Shown here: piece after piece, positions 11,234-18,895 of the stretch | How the letters are laid out: each line of letters starts with the position of its first letter | How positions within the stretch are numbered: the stretch's first letter is position 1 | Notes under the pieces: generated by a model | The model's database searches: none | Seen by the model: the letters and a program-made list of their open reading frames with translations, nothing else | Told to the model about the DNA's origin: nothing | Assembly (NCBI GenBank): GCA_050331615.1 | Contig: JBHJGR010000187.1 | Location: 1,827 to 65,826, forward strand | Source of the DNA: Elainellaceae cyanobacterium | GTDB lineage: Bacteria; Cyanobacteriota; Cyanobacteriia; CAKZMO01 | Reading direction: 5' to 3' | Length of the DNA: 64,000 nt | Made by a program: the position numbers and the translations under genes

Positions 11234-11328
11234 TATAGCCCTCAGGGCTAAGGTTTGAGTATGGAACCTCCGCGCCGCGGGGGTTCCATATCTTTTGAAT
11301 GTCCTCACATGAAAGCGTAGCGCAATAT
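11234..11328 (+). mobile_element. Copy B of the MITE-like repeat, full length with TATAGC...GCAATAT ends.
   Basis: TATAGCCCTCAGGGCTAAGG...GGAACCTCCGCGCCGCGGGGGTTCC...GAAAGCGTAGCGCAATAT; about 94 bp with a central perfect GC hairpin. Confidence 0.75.
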
Positions 11329-11377
11329 CAAGAAGCTGGCTGAGACTCGGGACGATGCCAAAGTGAGCTGAATTTGC

Positions 11378-12430
11378 TTAGCGACCGAATACGCCGAGCC
11401 ATATAGGGATCGTAAAAAGGATGCTGATAGAGCCGAGGGCTAGGGCCGTCACCGTCAGGTCGCGGTCGAGGTTATAGGCTTCGGCAATGATGAGCGTCGC
11501 AAAGGCGGGGGGCATGCCCATTTGCAGGATCATGACCAGGCGCTGGGGACCGCTAATGCCCAGCAGATAAATAACGGCTCCAACCGTGAGGGGCACGATT
11601 AACATTTTGATGCCCAGGCTGATGGCAGCTCGGCGGGTATTGCGCCAGGAGGTGATTTGACCGAGGCGCATCCCCAGCAGCAGCAGCGATGCCGCAATGA
11701 CCGTCCAGGCAACTCTTTCCAGGCCCGTTTCGACAGATTCAGGCAGGGCAATCTGACGAAACCAAAGCCCAAACCAGAAGCTCCACATGGCGGGATTCTT
11801 GACCACTGCCTGGGCCATCAGCCGCGTGGGGTGCTGCTGCTGGGCAGGGGATCGGGTAGCGGTGCGGCCAAAGTAGGCGGAGAGCGCAACTCCCAGTCCA
11901 TAGGCGGCGAGGGTGCTGCCAAGGGTGTCATAGAAAACGGCCCAGCCAAAGTACTGGGGGCCGACCAGAGTTAGCGTCACTGGATAGCCCAGGTAGCCAG
12001 TGTTGCCAAACATAGCGGCATTGAGGAAACTGCCGCGGGTGGGCGGGCTCCAGTTTGGGGTGCTAGCAGATGCTGTCGCGTTGGTTTGCGGGTTAGAGGA
12101 GGAGGATGGGTTGGGCGATCGCTCTTCCCTCGCACTAGATTCTTTGTCAGAGCGAACTCGCCTGGCCCGCAGCCAAATCCACAGGCCGGCCAACCCTGCT
12201 CCTGTCAGGACTGACATCCATGCCACCAGCGGCGCAATCCAGATGCTACCGGACAGGTCGGCCTGCCGGATGAAGGTGGTAATGCTAATGGGCACCCCAA
12301 CCCAGAACAGGCATTTCCCTAGATAAAGGGGCACTTTGGCCGATAGCTTTTGACCCAGCACGACCCCCAGCCCCACCCAAATCACCAGGGGAAGATAAAG
12401 TTTGAGAAGATTGACACCTAGGTCGGCCAT
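11378..12430 (-). CDS. AEC (auxin efflux carrier) family transporter.
   Basis: 350 aa with two 5-TM halves separated by a hydrophilic Ser/Asn-rich loop; the N-terminus MADLGVNLLKLYLPLVIWVGLG is typical of the AEC/malate permease family. Confidence 0.8.
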   Translation of the reverse strand: MADLGVNLLKLYLPLVIWVGLGVVLGQKLSAKVPLYLGKCLFWVGVPISITTFIRQADLSGSIWIAPLVAWMSVLTGAGLAGLWIWLRARRVRSDKESSAREERSPNPSSSSNPQTNATASASTPNWSPPTRGSFLNAAMFGNTGYLGYPVTLTLVGPQYFGWAVFYDTLGSTLAAYGLGVALSAYFGRTATRSPAQQQHPTRLMAQAVVKNPAMWSFWFGLWFRQIALPESVETGLERVAWTVIAASLLLLGMRLGQITSWRNTRRAAISLGIKMLIVPLTVGAVIYLLGISGPQRLVMILQMGMPPAFATLIIAEAYNLDRDLTVTALALGSISILFTIPIWLGVFGR

Positions 12431-12449
12431 AATTAAAGTTAAACAAAAT

Positions 12450-12543
12450 TATAGCCCTACGGGCTAAAGCCTGGATGTAGAACCCCCGCGTCGCGGGGGT
12501 TCTACACCTCTTGAACGTCCTAACGCGAAAGCGTAGCGCTATA
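12450..12543 (+). mobile_element. Copy C of the MITE-like repeat, full length, in the same orientation as copy B.
   Basis: TATAGCCCTACGGGCTAAAGCC...GAACCCCCGCGTCGCGGGGGTTC...CGCGAAAGCGTAGCGCTATA. Confidence 0.75.
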
Positions 12544-12601
12544 AATGCAGAGCCATAAATTGGCTGGAGGGACACCAATAAAGCAAGTAAGGCGCAACCC
12601 A

Positions 12602-12727
12602 CCATTTGATTGACTGACAAAAGTTTGTGGCCCTCACCCCCAACCCCTCTCCCAGAGGGCGAGGGGAGCCGAACTAATACTTCTGTTCCCCCTCCCTTCG
12701 GGAGAGGGCTAGGGTGAGGGCTTTCGG
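12602..12727. repeat. Cloverleaf-like palindromic element, same family as 2066..2300.
   Basis: GCCCTCACCCCCAACCCCTCTCCCAGAGGGCGAGGGGAGCC...CCCCCTCCCTTCGGGAGAGGGCTAGGGTGAGGGC; outer and inner inverted repeats are directly visible. Confidence 0.7.
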
Positions 12728-13366
12728 GCAGCGGTTCGTAAGTTTTGTCAGTCAACCAGCCCTACCATAGCGTCGTTTCCTGGTGGCTACCTCCTTGTTA
12801 GGCTTTTCTTAGTTTCCGCAGGGGCACAAAGTTAAGGGCACAAAAGGTTACCGAATATTGAAGGGTTCGGGAACCGGATAAAACCCCTGGCTTTAGACAT
12901 GGGGATACAGATGGTTCCCGCGCTGGGCGAAGTCCAGCAGTCTGCCCAGTGCGGTACAATAGAGCTGGTTTGAACCCCCAGGGTGGGTGGAAGCATTCAA
13001 GTAAGTCTCCTCGAACCCGAAAGCAGAGTCCAGTCTGCAATCTAAAAACGTATGGACTCGACAGAGTACCGAACCACCAGCGACTGTTGGTTTCAGATCT
13101 GAAATGCTGTACGGCGGGGCACGCCGGAACAGGGTAAAAAAACGCTTGGGGACACTTTTCCCGCTGGGGCTGACTGCCCAATATCTAGATAGTTCGACCA
13201 TTTTGGTGCGGCTATTTGGTGAGGGGTTGCGGAGTTTGAGATAAAACTCTCAGATCAGTTTTAAGGATGGTGGATGAACCAAGAATTCCCTAGCTTTTAG
13301 CTATGGGGAGTGTCAAATTGGTTCAGGTCGGTGTGAGGATCATTTCTCGATGCTAGGAGTGGGATC

Positions 13367-14332
13367 GTGAACCAGCCCAGTGTTCCCGAACAGTCGCCCA
13401 ATGCTGCGGCGCAGTCCAAATCATCTCCGTCCTTAAATGGCGGGAGCGACGATATTCCAGAAGCGCTACGGGATGCACCCGTGACTCCACCCGCATCTTC
13501 ACCGACTCGGCAATTTCGCTGGAGACTCTGGTTAGGGGCTGGAGGGGCGATCGCCCTAGCCGCAGGAGCCGTAGTGGGCTGGCAGTTTCGCAATTTAGAA
13601 ACGCTGGTCACTGGTGCGTCCACTACGCCCATCCCTGCCCAATCAGGGCTCCGCAGCGTTCTTGAAGCCCAAGGCGCAGACGCTACCACGAATGCCGATA
13701 TTGATGATGTTGATACTGATACCGCTACAGATGCGACGCCTTCCCTACTGGGGCATCGTGCCTATCCTGAAGCCCCGCCAGATACCTTAGTGCCCCTTAC
13801 TGCTGACGGACGTATTCGCCTGCGGTCTGCCGCCGCCGAGAAGTTTCAGGCCATGCAGCAGGCGGCGCGGGCCGCCAATATTTCCCTCGCTCCTCTATCA
13901 GGGTTTCGCACCATTGAAGAGCAGCAGTATTTGTTCTTTGAAATCAAGGCCCAGCGGGGGCAGGTAGCGCGGCAGCGGGCCACAGTAAGCGCTCCACCGG
14001 GCTACAGCGAGCACCATACGGGCTACGCCATCGACATTGGCGATGCCACCCGACCCGAAACCCATTTGCAAACCAGCTTTGAGCAGACCGCTGCCTTCCA
14101 GTGGCTGGAGCAAAACGCCGCTTTCTACAGCTTCGAGCTGTCCTTTGAAGGCGGCGAAGCAGATCAGGTGAGCTACGAACCCTGGCACTGGCGGTTTGTG
14201 GGCGATCCCGAAAGCCTGGAGCTGTTCTATGGGTCGGGGAACCGTGCAGCAGATGCGGACTCGACGGCGGATAGCGAGACCGGAAACAGGGAACAGGCAA
14301 GCAGCGAAAATAGGCAATCGGGTTTACCGTAA
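13367..14332 (+). CDS. D-alanyl-D-alanine carboxypeptidase, peptidase M15B (VanY-like), secreted or membrane-anchored.
   Basis: Conserved GHRAYPEA, SGFRTIEEQ, PGYSEHHTGYAIDI and EPWHWRF blocks (zinc ligands of M15B). N-terminal low-complexity region and a TM segment. The start is GTG on the track. Confidence 0.8.
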   Translation: MNQPSVPEQSPNAAAQSKSSPSLNGGSDDIPEALRDAPVTPPASSPTRQFRWRLWLGAGGAIALAAGAVVGWQFRNLETLVTGASTTPIPAQSGLRSVLEAQGADATTNADIDDVDTDTATDATPSLLGHRAYPEAPPDTLVPLTADGRIRLRSAAAEKFQAMQQAARAANISLAPLSGFRTIEEQQYLFFEIKAQRGQVARQRATVSAPPGYSEHHTGYAIDIGDATRPETHLQTSFEQTAAFQWLEQNAAFYSFELSFEGGEADQVSYEPWHWRFVGDPESLELFYGSGNRAADADSTADSETGNREQASSENRQSGLP

Positions 14333-14391
14333 AGATAGGTAAACAGAAGACCCAATCTGATCCAATCTATAGACAGACAGGAGCCAGGCTA

Positions 14392-15093
14392 GTGAATCAA
14401 ATCACGCTCAACCTGGTGGCGATCGCCATCTTCAGCATCACCATGACCAGCCTTATCGGGCCACTGGTGGGCATCTCCCCGGTCGTCCCCGCCCTGATCA
14501 CCTTTGGGCTAATGGGCGCGGCCACCGTTGACACCCTCAGCCTCCAGGGCCGGGGCGGTACCCTGCTAATTGATGGGCTGGCCCAGTTTTCCCCCGAACA
14601 TCGGGAGCGGGTGATTCGCCACGAGGCAGGCCACTTCCTGATCGCTCACCTGATGGACATCCCGGTAACTGACTATACCCTGACCGCTTGGGAAGCTCTA
14701 CGGCAGGGCCAGCCCGGGCGGGGCGGCGTCACCTTTGACACCCAGGAGCTAGAGCAGCAGGTGGCGCGGGGCGAACTGCCCGCCCAGCTGGTGGACCGCT
14801 ATGGTGCCGTATGGATGGCGGGTATTGCCGCCGAGCAGTTAACCTACGGTAACGCCCAGGGTGGTAACGACGATCGCCAGAAGTTCCACATTCTCTGGCA
14901 GCAGATCCAGCGGCCCCAGGCCGAGTGTGAGGTAAAGCTGCGCTGGTCGGCCCTGAAGGCCCGCACCCTACTAGAGTCCCACCGCCCCGCCTATGAAGCC
15001 CTGGTGGAGGCAATGACCCAGCGCCGTCCCGTGGCCGACTGCATCGAGCTGGTGCAGCGATCGCTCTCCCCCTCCCCCTCACCAACCGTCTAA
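14392..15093 (+). CDS. Membrane protein with an HExxH zinc-metallopeptidase motif (FtsH-protease-domain-like, no AAA module).
   Basis: Two N-terminal TM helices, then RVIRHEAGHFLIAHLM (HEAGH) and a downstream ...AGIAAEQL segment resembling the M41 protease-domain fold. Tentative. Confidence 0.5.
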   Translation: MNQITLNLVAIAIFSITMTSLIGPLVGISPVVPALITFGLMGAATVDTLSLQGRGGTLLIDGLAQFSPEHRERVIRHEAGHFLIAHLMDIPVTDYTLTAWEALRQGQPGRGGVTFDTQELEQQVARGELPAQLVDRYGAVWMAGIAAEQLTYGNAQGGNDDRQKFHILWQQIQRPQAECEVKLRWSALKARTLLESHRPAYEALVEAMTQRRPVADCIELVQRSLSPSPSPTV

Positions 15094-15110
15094 AGAATCG
15101 GAATTAGATA

Positions 15111-15150
15111 ATCTGTGCGAGTCTGTGCGAATCTGTGCGAATCTGTGCGA
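15111..15150. promoter_or_regulatory. 4 x 10-bp tandem repeat ATCTGTGCGA upstream of the carotenoid oxygenase gene.
   Basis: Read directly (ATCTGTGCGA GTCTGTGCGA ATCTGTGCGA ATCTGTGCGA TCGC). The motif is related to the 9-mer ATCTGCGAA array at 7326..7360. Confidence 0.6.
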
Positions 15151-15241
15151 TCGCCTGTTCCTAGCCAGGGGCATGGCATTGCCAAGCCCCCTGGAAATTG
15201 CATCTTCATTTAACATCCGTTGACCTCCAACTACCAAGCCG

Positions 15242-16699
15242 ATGACGTCTACCCAATCTCGCCCGGATACCGTTACCGCCGCTCCTCAGCCGCTCTGGGC
15301 AAGGGCGATCGCCCACCCCGCTGAGGAATTTCCCCTCACGCCGTTGCCCGTCCTGTCGGGACAAATCCCCTCTGGTCTGCGGGGCACCCTCTACCGCAAT
15401 GGGCCGGGTCGCCTGGAGCGGGGCAACCAGCCCGTGGGCCACTGGTTTGATGGGGATGGGGCCATCCTCGCCGTGCATCTGACGGAGGCGGGGGCCACGG
15501 GCACCTATCGCTATGTGCGCACCGCTGGACTGGTGGCCGAAGAAGCGATGGATCGGTTCCTTTTTGGTGGCTATGGTATGACGCCCCCCGGCTGGCTGTG
15601 GGAGCGCTGGGGCAAGCCCGTGAAGAATGCGGCCAACACCTCGGTGCTGGCCCTGCCCGACCGGCTGCTGGCCCTGTGGGAGGGGGGCAATCCCCACGCC
15701 CTGGATTGCCAGACCCTGAAGACCCTGGGGCGGGATGACCTGGAGGGTGCTTTGGACGGCAACCTGCCCTACTCGGCCCACCCCAAAGTTGATCCGGCGA
15801 CAGGGGACATTTTTAACTTCGGCGTTGCCCCTGGTCTGAACTCGTCGCTGAATCTGTACCGGAGCGATCGCACCGGCAAAGTCCTCGCCAAGGCTCAGAT
15901 TCCTCTCCAGGGCAATCCCCTAGTTCACGACTGCGTTATGGCAGGCCGCTATCTGGTGTTCTGCGCTCCGCCCGTCCACATCAACCTGCTGCCTGTGGCC
16001 CTCTGCCTGCGCCCCTTCAGCGACGCGATGGACTGGAAGCCCAGTGTGGGTACCGAGATTGTGGTGATCGACACTGAAACTCTGGAGGTCGTAGGACGCA
16101 GCGAAACCGATCCCTGGTTCCAGTGGCACTTCAGCAATGGGTATGTGGATGCCGAGGGCATGATCGTGCTGGACGTGATTCGCTACCCCGACTTCCAGAC
16201 CAATGAGTTTTTGCGGGAAATCCCTACAGGACACCCCCAAACCCTGACGAAGGCAACCTTCTGGCGGCTGCGGATCGATCCTAAGTCCGGACGGCTGCTC
16301 TCCCAGGAAGAGCGGCTGGATCGGAGCTGCGAGTTTCCAGTCGTTCGCCCTCAGGAGGTCGGACAGCCAACTGATGCGGTTTATCTCTCCATCCATCGGC
16401 CCGATGCTGACCTGCGCCATGAAATATTTGAGGCGATCGCCCGCTTCAACCCCGAAACCAACCACCTGGTGATGGCGGATCTGGGAACGGGGCGCTATCC
16501 CACCGAACCCCTCTACGCCGCCGATGCCCACGACCCCAGCCAGGGCTGGATTCTCACCGTGGTGTTTGACGGTCATACGGAAACCAGCGAAGTGTGGATC
16601 TTTGATGAAAAGGCTCTGGACGCCGAACCCGTATGCCGCCTGGGGCTGCCGAGCATCGTTCCCCCTGGCTTCCACGGCACCTGGAGTGGGGCGCGCTAG
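15242..16699 (+). CDS. Carotenoid cleavage oxygenase (apocarotenoid-15,15'-oxygenase-like, RPE65/CCD family).
   Basis: GTLYRNGPG, HWFDGDGAILAVH, the HDCV... and FSNGY blocks, and conserved His ligands characteristic of CCD enzymes; 485 aa. Confidence 0.88.
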   Translation: MTSTQSRPDTVTAAPQPLWARAIAHPAEEFPLTPLPVLSGQIPSGLRGTLYRNGPGRLERGNQPVGHWFDGDGAILAVHLTEAGATGTYRYVRTAGLVAEEAMDRFLFGGYGMTPPGWLWERWGKPVKNAANTSVLALPDRLLALWEGGNPHALDCQTLKTLGRDDLEGALDGNLPYSAHPKVDPATGDIFNFGVAPGLNSSLNLYRSDRTGKVLAKAQIPLQGNPLVHDCVMAGRYLVFCAPPVHINLLPVALCLRPFSDAMDWKPSVGTEIVVIDTETLEVVGRSETDPWFQWHFSNGYVDAEGMIVLDVIRYPDFQTNEFLREIPTGHPQTLTKATFWRLRIDPKSGRLLSQEERLDRSCEFPVVRPQEVGQPTDAVYLSIHRPDADLRHEIFEAIARFNPETNHLVMADLGTGRYPTEPLYAADAHDPSQGWILTVVFDGHTETSEVWIFDEKALDAEPVCRLGLPSIVPPGFHGTWSGAR

Positions 16700-18816
16700 A
16701 GCTGGAGTAGCTTGCGGAGCTGTTTTTCTAAGTTGGATGGGGGGATGCGATCGCCCCGTTCCAGCTTGCCCACGTAGTCCGCACTGATGCCCAGGAAGCC
16801 CGCCAGCTCCTTGCGGCTCCAGCCCCGTGCTTCCCGACCTTCCCGCATCTGGTCGCTGGTGAGTTCTTCCACGGGGCTGCTTTCCAGCCGTTTGGGGGGC
16901 TTGGGATCTTTGACGCGGCTGAGCAAATCGGGGATGGGGTCGGGGGGCTTGATGGTGAGCTTGGCCTGGAGCAGACGCTCGATTAGCTTGACCTTGCGCC
17001 AGTCGGGGGGTTTTTCAGCCTTGCTCCCTGGCTGTAGCCAGTCGGGGTAAGTCTGGGGGTCGAACTCGATTTGCCAGCCCAGGCTGAGCAGCAGGGTCAG
17101 GGCTTTGTTCCAGCGATTTTTCAAGTCTCGCGCCTTGTACTTGTCCTGGAGAGCCTTGTCAATTTCGGGGCGGGGCATCACCTCTTCCAGCAGGTTCAGC
17201 ACCCGATAGTCGTAGGGGTTGCGGTTGTGGACGCGCACCCGCGAGTCGAGGGTGAGCTGAATCGCCAGCCTCAGGGCCATCTCGTGGTGGTACGGGTCGA
17301 TTTGCAGAATATCCCGCGCCAGAAAGCCGAACTGGTGGAGGGCCTGCTTGGCCTTACTGCCCGCCCGGTTGAGGAAATGCTTGGTCCACAGCCCCGGACT
17401 CACGGTGATGTAGACCTCGTCGGGCTTCTCGATTTTACCCGTCACCCAGTCGAGCTGGCCGTGGGGGTCAATCAGCACGTCCCACATGCGGCCCACGGGG
17501 GTGCTGGCGTCCACCTTGCGCTTGCCCCGGCCCTCAATCCATACCGACTTGACCAGCAGGCAGGAGAGGGCATAGGCGGCACTGGCCACGGCGCTGCGCT
17601 TTTCGGGCAGGGTCGTATTGTGGTTGCGATCCCAGCCCAGCAGAGGAATCATGTCGCTGGCCCGCAGGCGAAAGGTGCTCGTCCAGGGTTCGGCCTGCTC
17701 CATGGTGCGGGCGGCGAAAATCATCTGGAGCTTCACCGTGTCGAAGCCGAATTTGTTGATAATCTGCTCCGCCGCTTCCCAGGGCAGCAGGGCAATGTCA
17801 CCGGGGCTGGTAATGTAGTGCTCGATGAAGTTGGCCGGGTTGCGCTTGCTGCGGTACTGGAACACGGCCACCTCGTTTTCGTCCTGCTGCCACAGGTCGG
17901 GACGGAGCTGGGCGCGGATGCTGCTGGCGATGGGAATAGACGTGGGGATGGGAGCGGCAGCGGGTAAATCGGGGGCGGCATCTAGGGGCGTCAAAGGGCG
18001 CTGCTTAAGGCCCAGCAGGGCTTCCAGGTCGGGCAAGGTACAGTTGGTCAGGTTGAGGCCCTCGATGATGCTGCGGGTGATATCGGCGGCGTGGATTTCG
18101 CCAAAAAAGCTGAGTTTGGCAATCACGAGGTCGGCCTGCTGAGGCGACAGAAGAAAATCCTGGATGCGCTGTTCCAAAGATGTATCAGTACGGCGCACTG
18201 CCCCGACGCCATCCGCCTTCAGCTCCTCCAGCGCCCAGGCCACCAGGTTAGTGCCCATCGGCTTCACGTGATCGGCCTGGAAGCGGCTGTGGTGCAAAAA
18301 GTCTGCCAGAGAGCTTTTCAAATACTGGCAGATAGCATCGTCGTCCAGGACAATTTCCATCCGCTGGGGACGGTTGCTCTTGTCGGCGATCAGCTTCAGG
18401 TGGGGCCGCGTGAGGTCCAGGGCATCCAGCCCGTCGGACTGGAGGATATGCTGAATTTTGTGCTTATAGACCTTGAACAGGTGTTGAAAAAGCTGCTGCG
18501 TAATCAGATCGGGCAGGGAGGAGCGATCGCACAGCATCACCGTCAGCCGCGCCAAAAAAGCTGGGGTAAGTACTGCATTCACCAGACTGCCCCAGCGATC
18601 GCCCTGATCCACACCATCCGTCAAGGATGCCACTACTTCAATGGTCACAGTTTCGTCCTGCTGGGCAGGGAGAGACCGCCGACTCTGATCATCCGGTGGC
18701 GTCAGGGCAATGGTGCGATTGGTCTCAGCCCCTGCCGTCAACGGGACAAAGGCGTAGACATCCTCCGGAAGTTGCTGCTGAGGATTATCCATCGGCTGGG
18801 AGCGCTGTTTTGCCAT
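16696..18816 (-). CDS. Large protein of unknown function with a C-terminal XRE-family helix-turn-helix.
   Basis: 706 aa. The last ~60 residues (MREGREARGWSRKELAGFLGISADYVGKLERGDRIPPSNLEKQL) are a canonical Cro/C1-type HTH. The N-terminal ~640 aa have no motif I recognise. Its stop codon overlaps the stop of the convergent oxygenase gene. Confidence 0.7.
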   Translation of the reverse strand: MAKQRSQPMDNPQQQLPEDVYAFVPLTAGAETNRTIALTPPDDQSRRSLPAQQDETVTIEVVASLTDGVDQGDRWGSLVNAVLTPAFLARLTVMLCDRSSLPDLITQQLFQHLFKVYKHKIQHILQSDGLDALDLTRPHLKLIADKSNRPQRMEIVLDDDAICQYLKSSLADFLHHSRFQADHVKPMGTNLVAWALEELKADGVGAVRRTDTSLEQRIQDFLLSPQQADLVIAKLSFFGEIHAADITRSIIEGLNLTNCTLPDLEALLGLKQRPLTPLDAAPDLPAAAPIPTSIPIASSIRAQLRPDLWQQDENEVAVFQYRSKRNPANFIEHYITSPGDIALLPWEAAEQIINKFGFDTVKLQMIFAARTMEQAEPWTSTFRLRASDMIPLLGWDRNHNTTLPEKRSAVASAAYALSCLLVKSVWIEGRGKRKVDASTPVGRMWDVLIDPHGQLDWVTGKIEKPDEVYITVSPGLWTKHFLNRAGSKAKQALHQFGFLARDILQIDPYHHEMALRLAIQLTLDSRVRVHNRNPYDYRVLNLLEEVMPRPEIDKALQDKYKARDLKNRWNKALTLLLSLGWQIEFDPQTYPDWLQPGSKAEKPPDWRKVKLIERLLQAKLTIKPPDPIPDLLSRVKDPKPPKRLESSPVEELTSDQMREGREARGWSRKELAGFLGISADYVGKLERGDRIPPSNLEKQLRKLLQL

Positions 18817-18895
18817 GAACCTGCTTCAGATCGGACTGGCCTTCTATCCTAGACCATGTCCGCAATTGGCAGCGACCCAACTTCTGGCGCTGGCG

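Noticed and set aside
11234-12543. Integron cassette / attC interpretation of the MITE-flanked AEC gene
   Set aside because: No intI integrase, attI or Pc promoter is visible; the repeat ends lack the GTTRRRY core; copies elsewhere are inverted or solo. The MITE explanation is simpler.
12285-12755. 156-aa ORF upstream of the AEC gene
   Set aside because: It runs straight through MITE copy C and the palindromic element at 12602..12727, so it is repeat-derived.
12760-13366. tmRNA, RNase P RNA or SRP RNA in the 600-bp non-coding region
   Set aside because: I scanned by eye for the conserved P4 (GGAAAGTCCGGGCTCC / ACAGAACCCGGCTTA), tmRNA T-arm and 4.5S domain IV motifs and did not find them. 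It is kept only as a generic structured-RNA candidate.
15206-16675. Minus-strand ORFs 15206..15781 and 15920..16675 inside the carotenoid oxygenase gene
   Set aside because: They are shadow ORFs; the plus frame matches the CCD family along its full length.
17071-18852. Plus-strand ORFs 17071..17967, 17825..18142 and 18091..18852 overlapping the 706-aa HTH protein gene
   Set aside because: The minus-strand frame carries a canonical XRE HTH and a continuous 706-aa ORF, while the plus-strand frames are Gly/Ala/Val/His-rich shadows. I cannot fully exclude that the minus frame is itself partly a shadow, but the HTH makes that unlikely.
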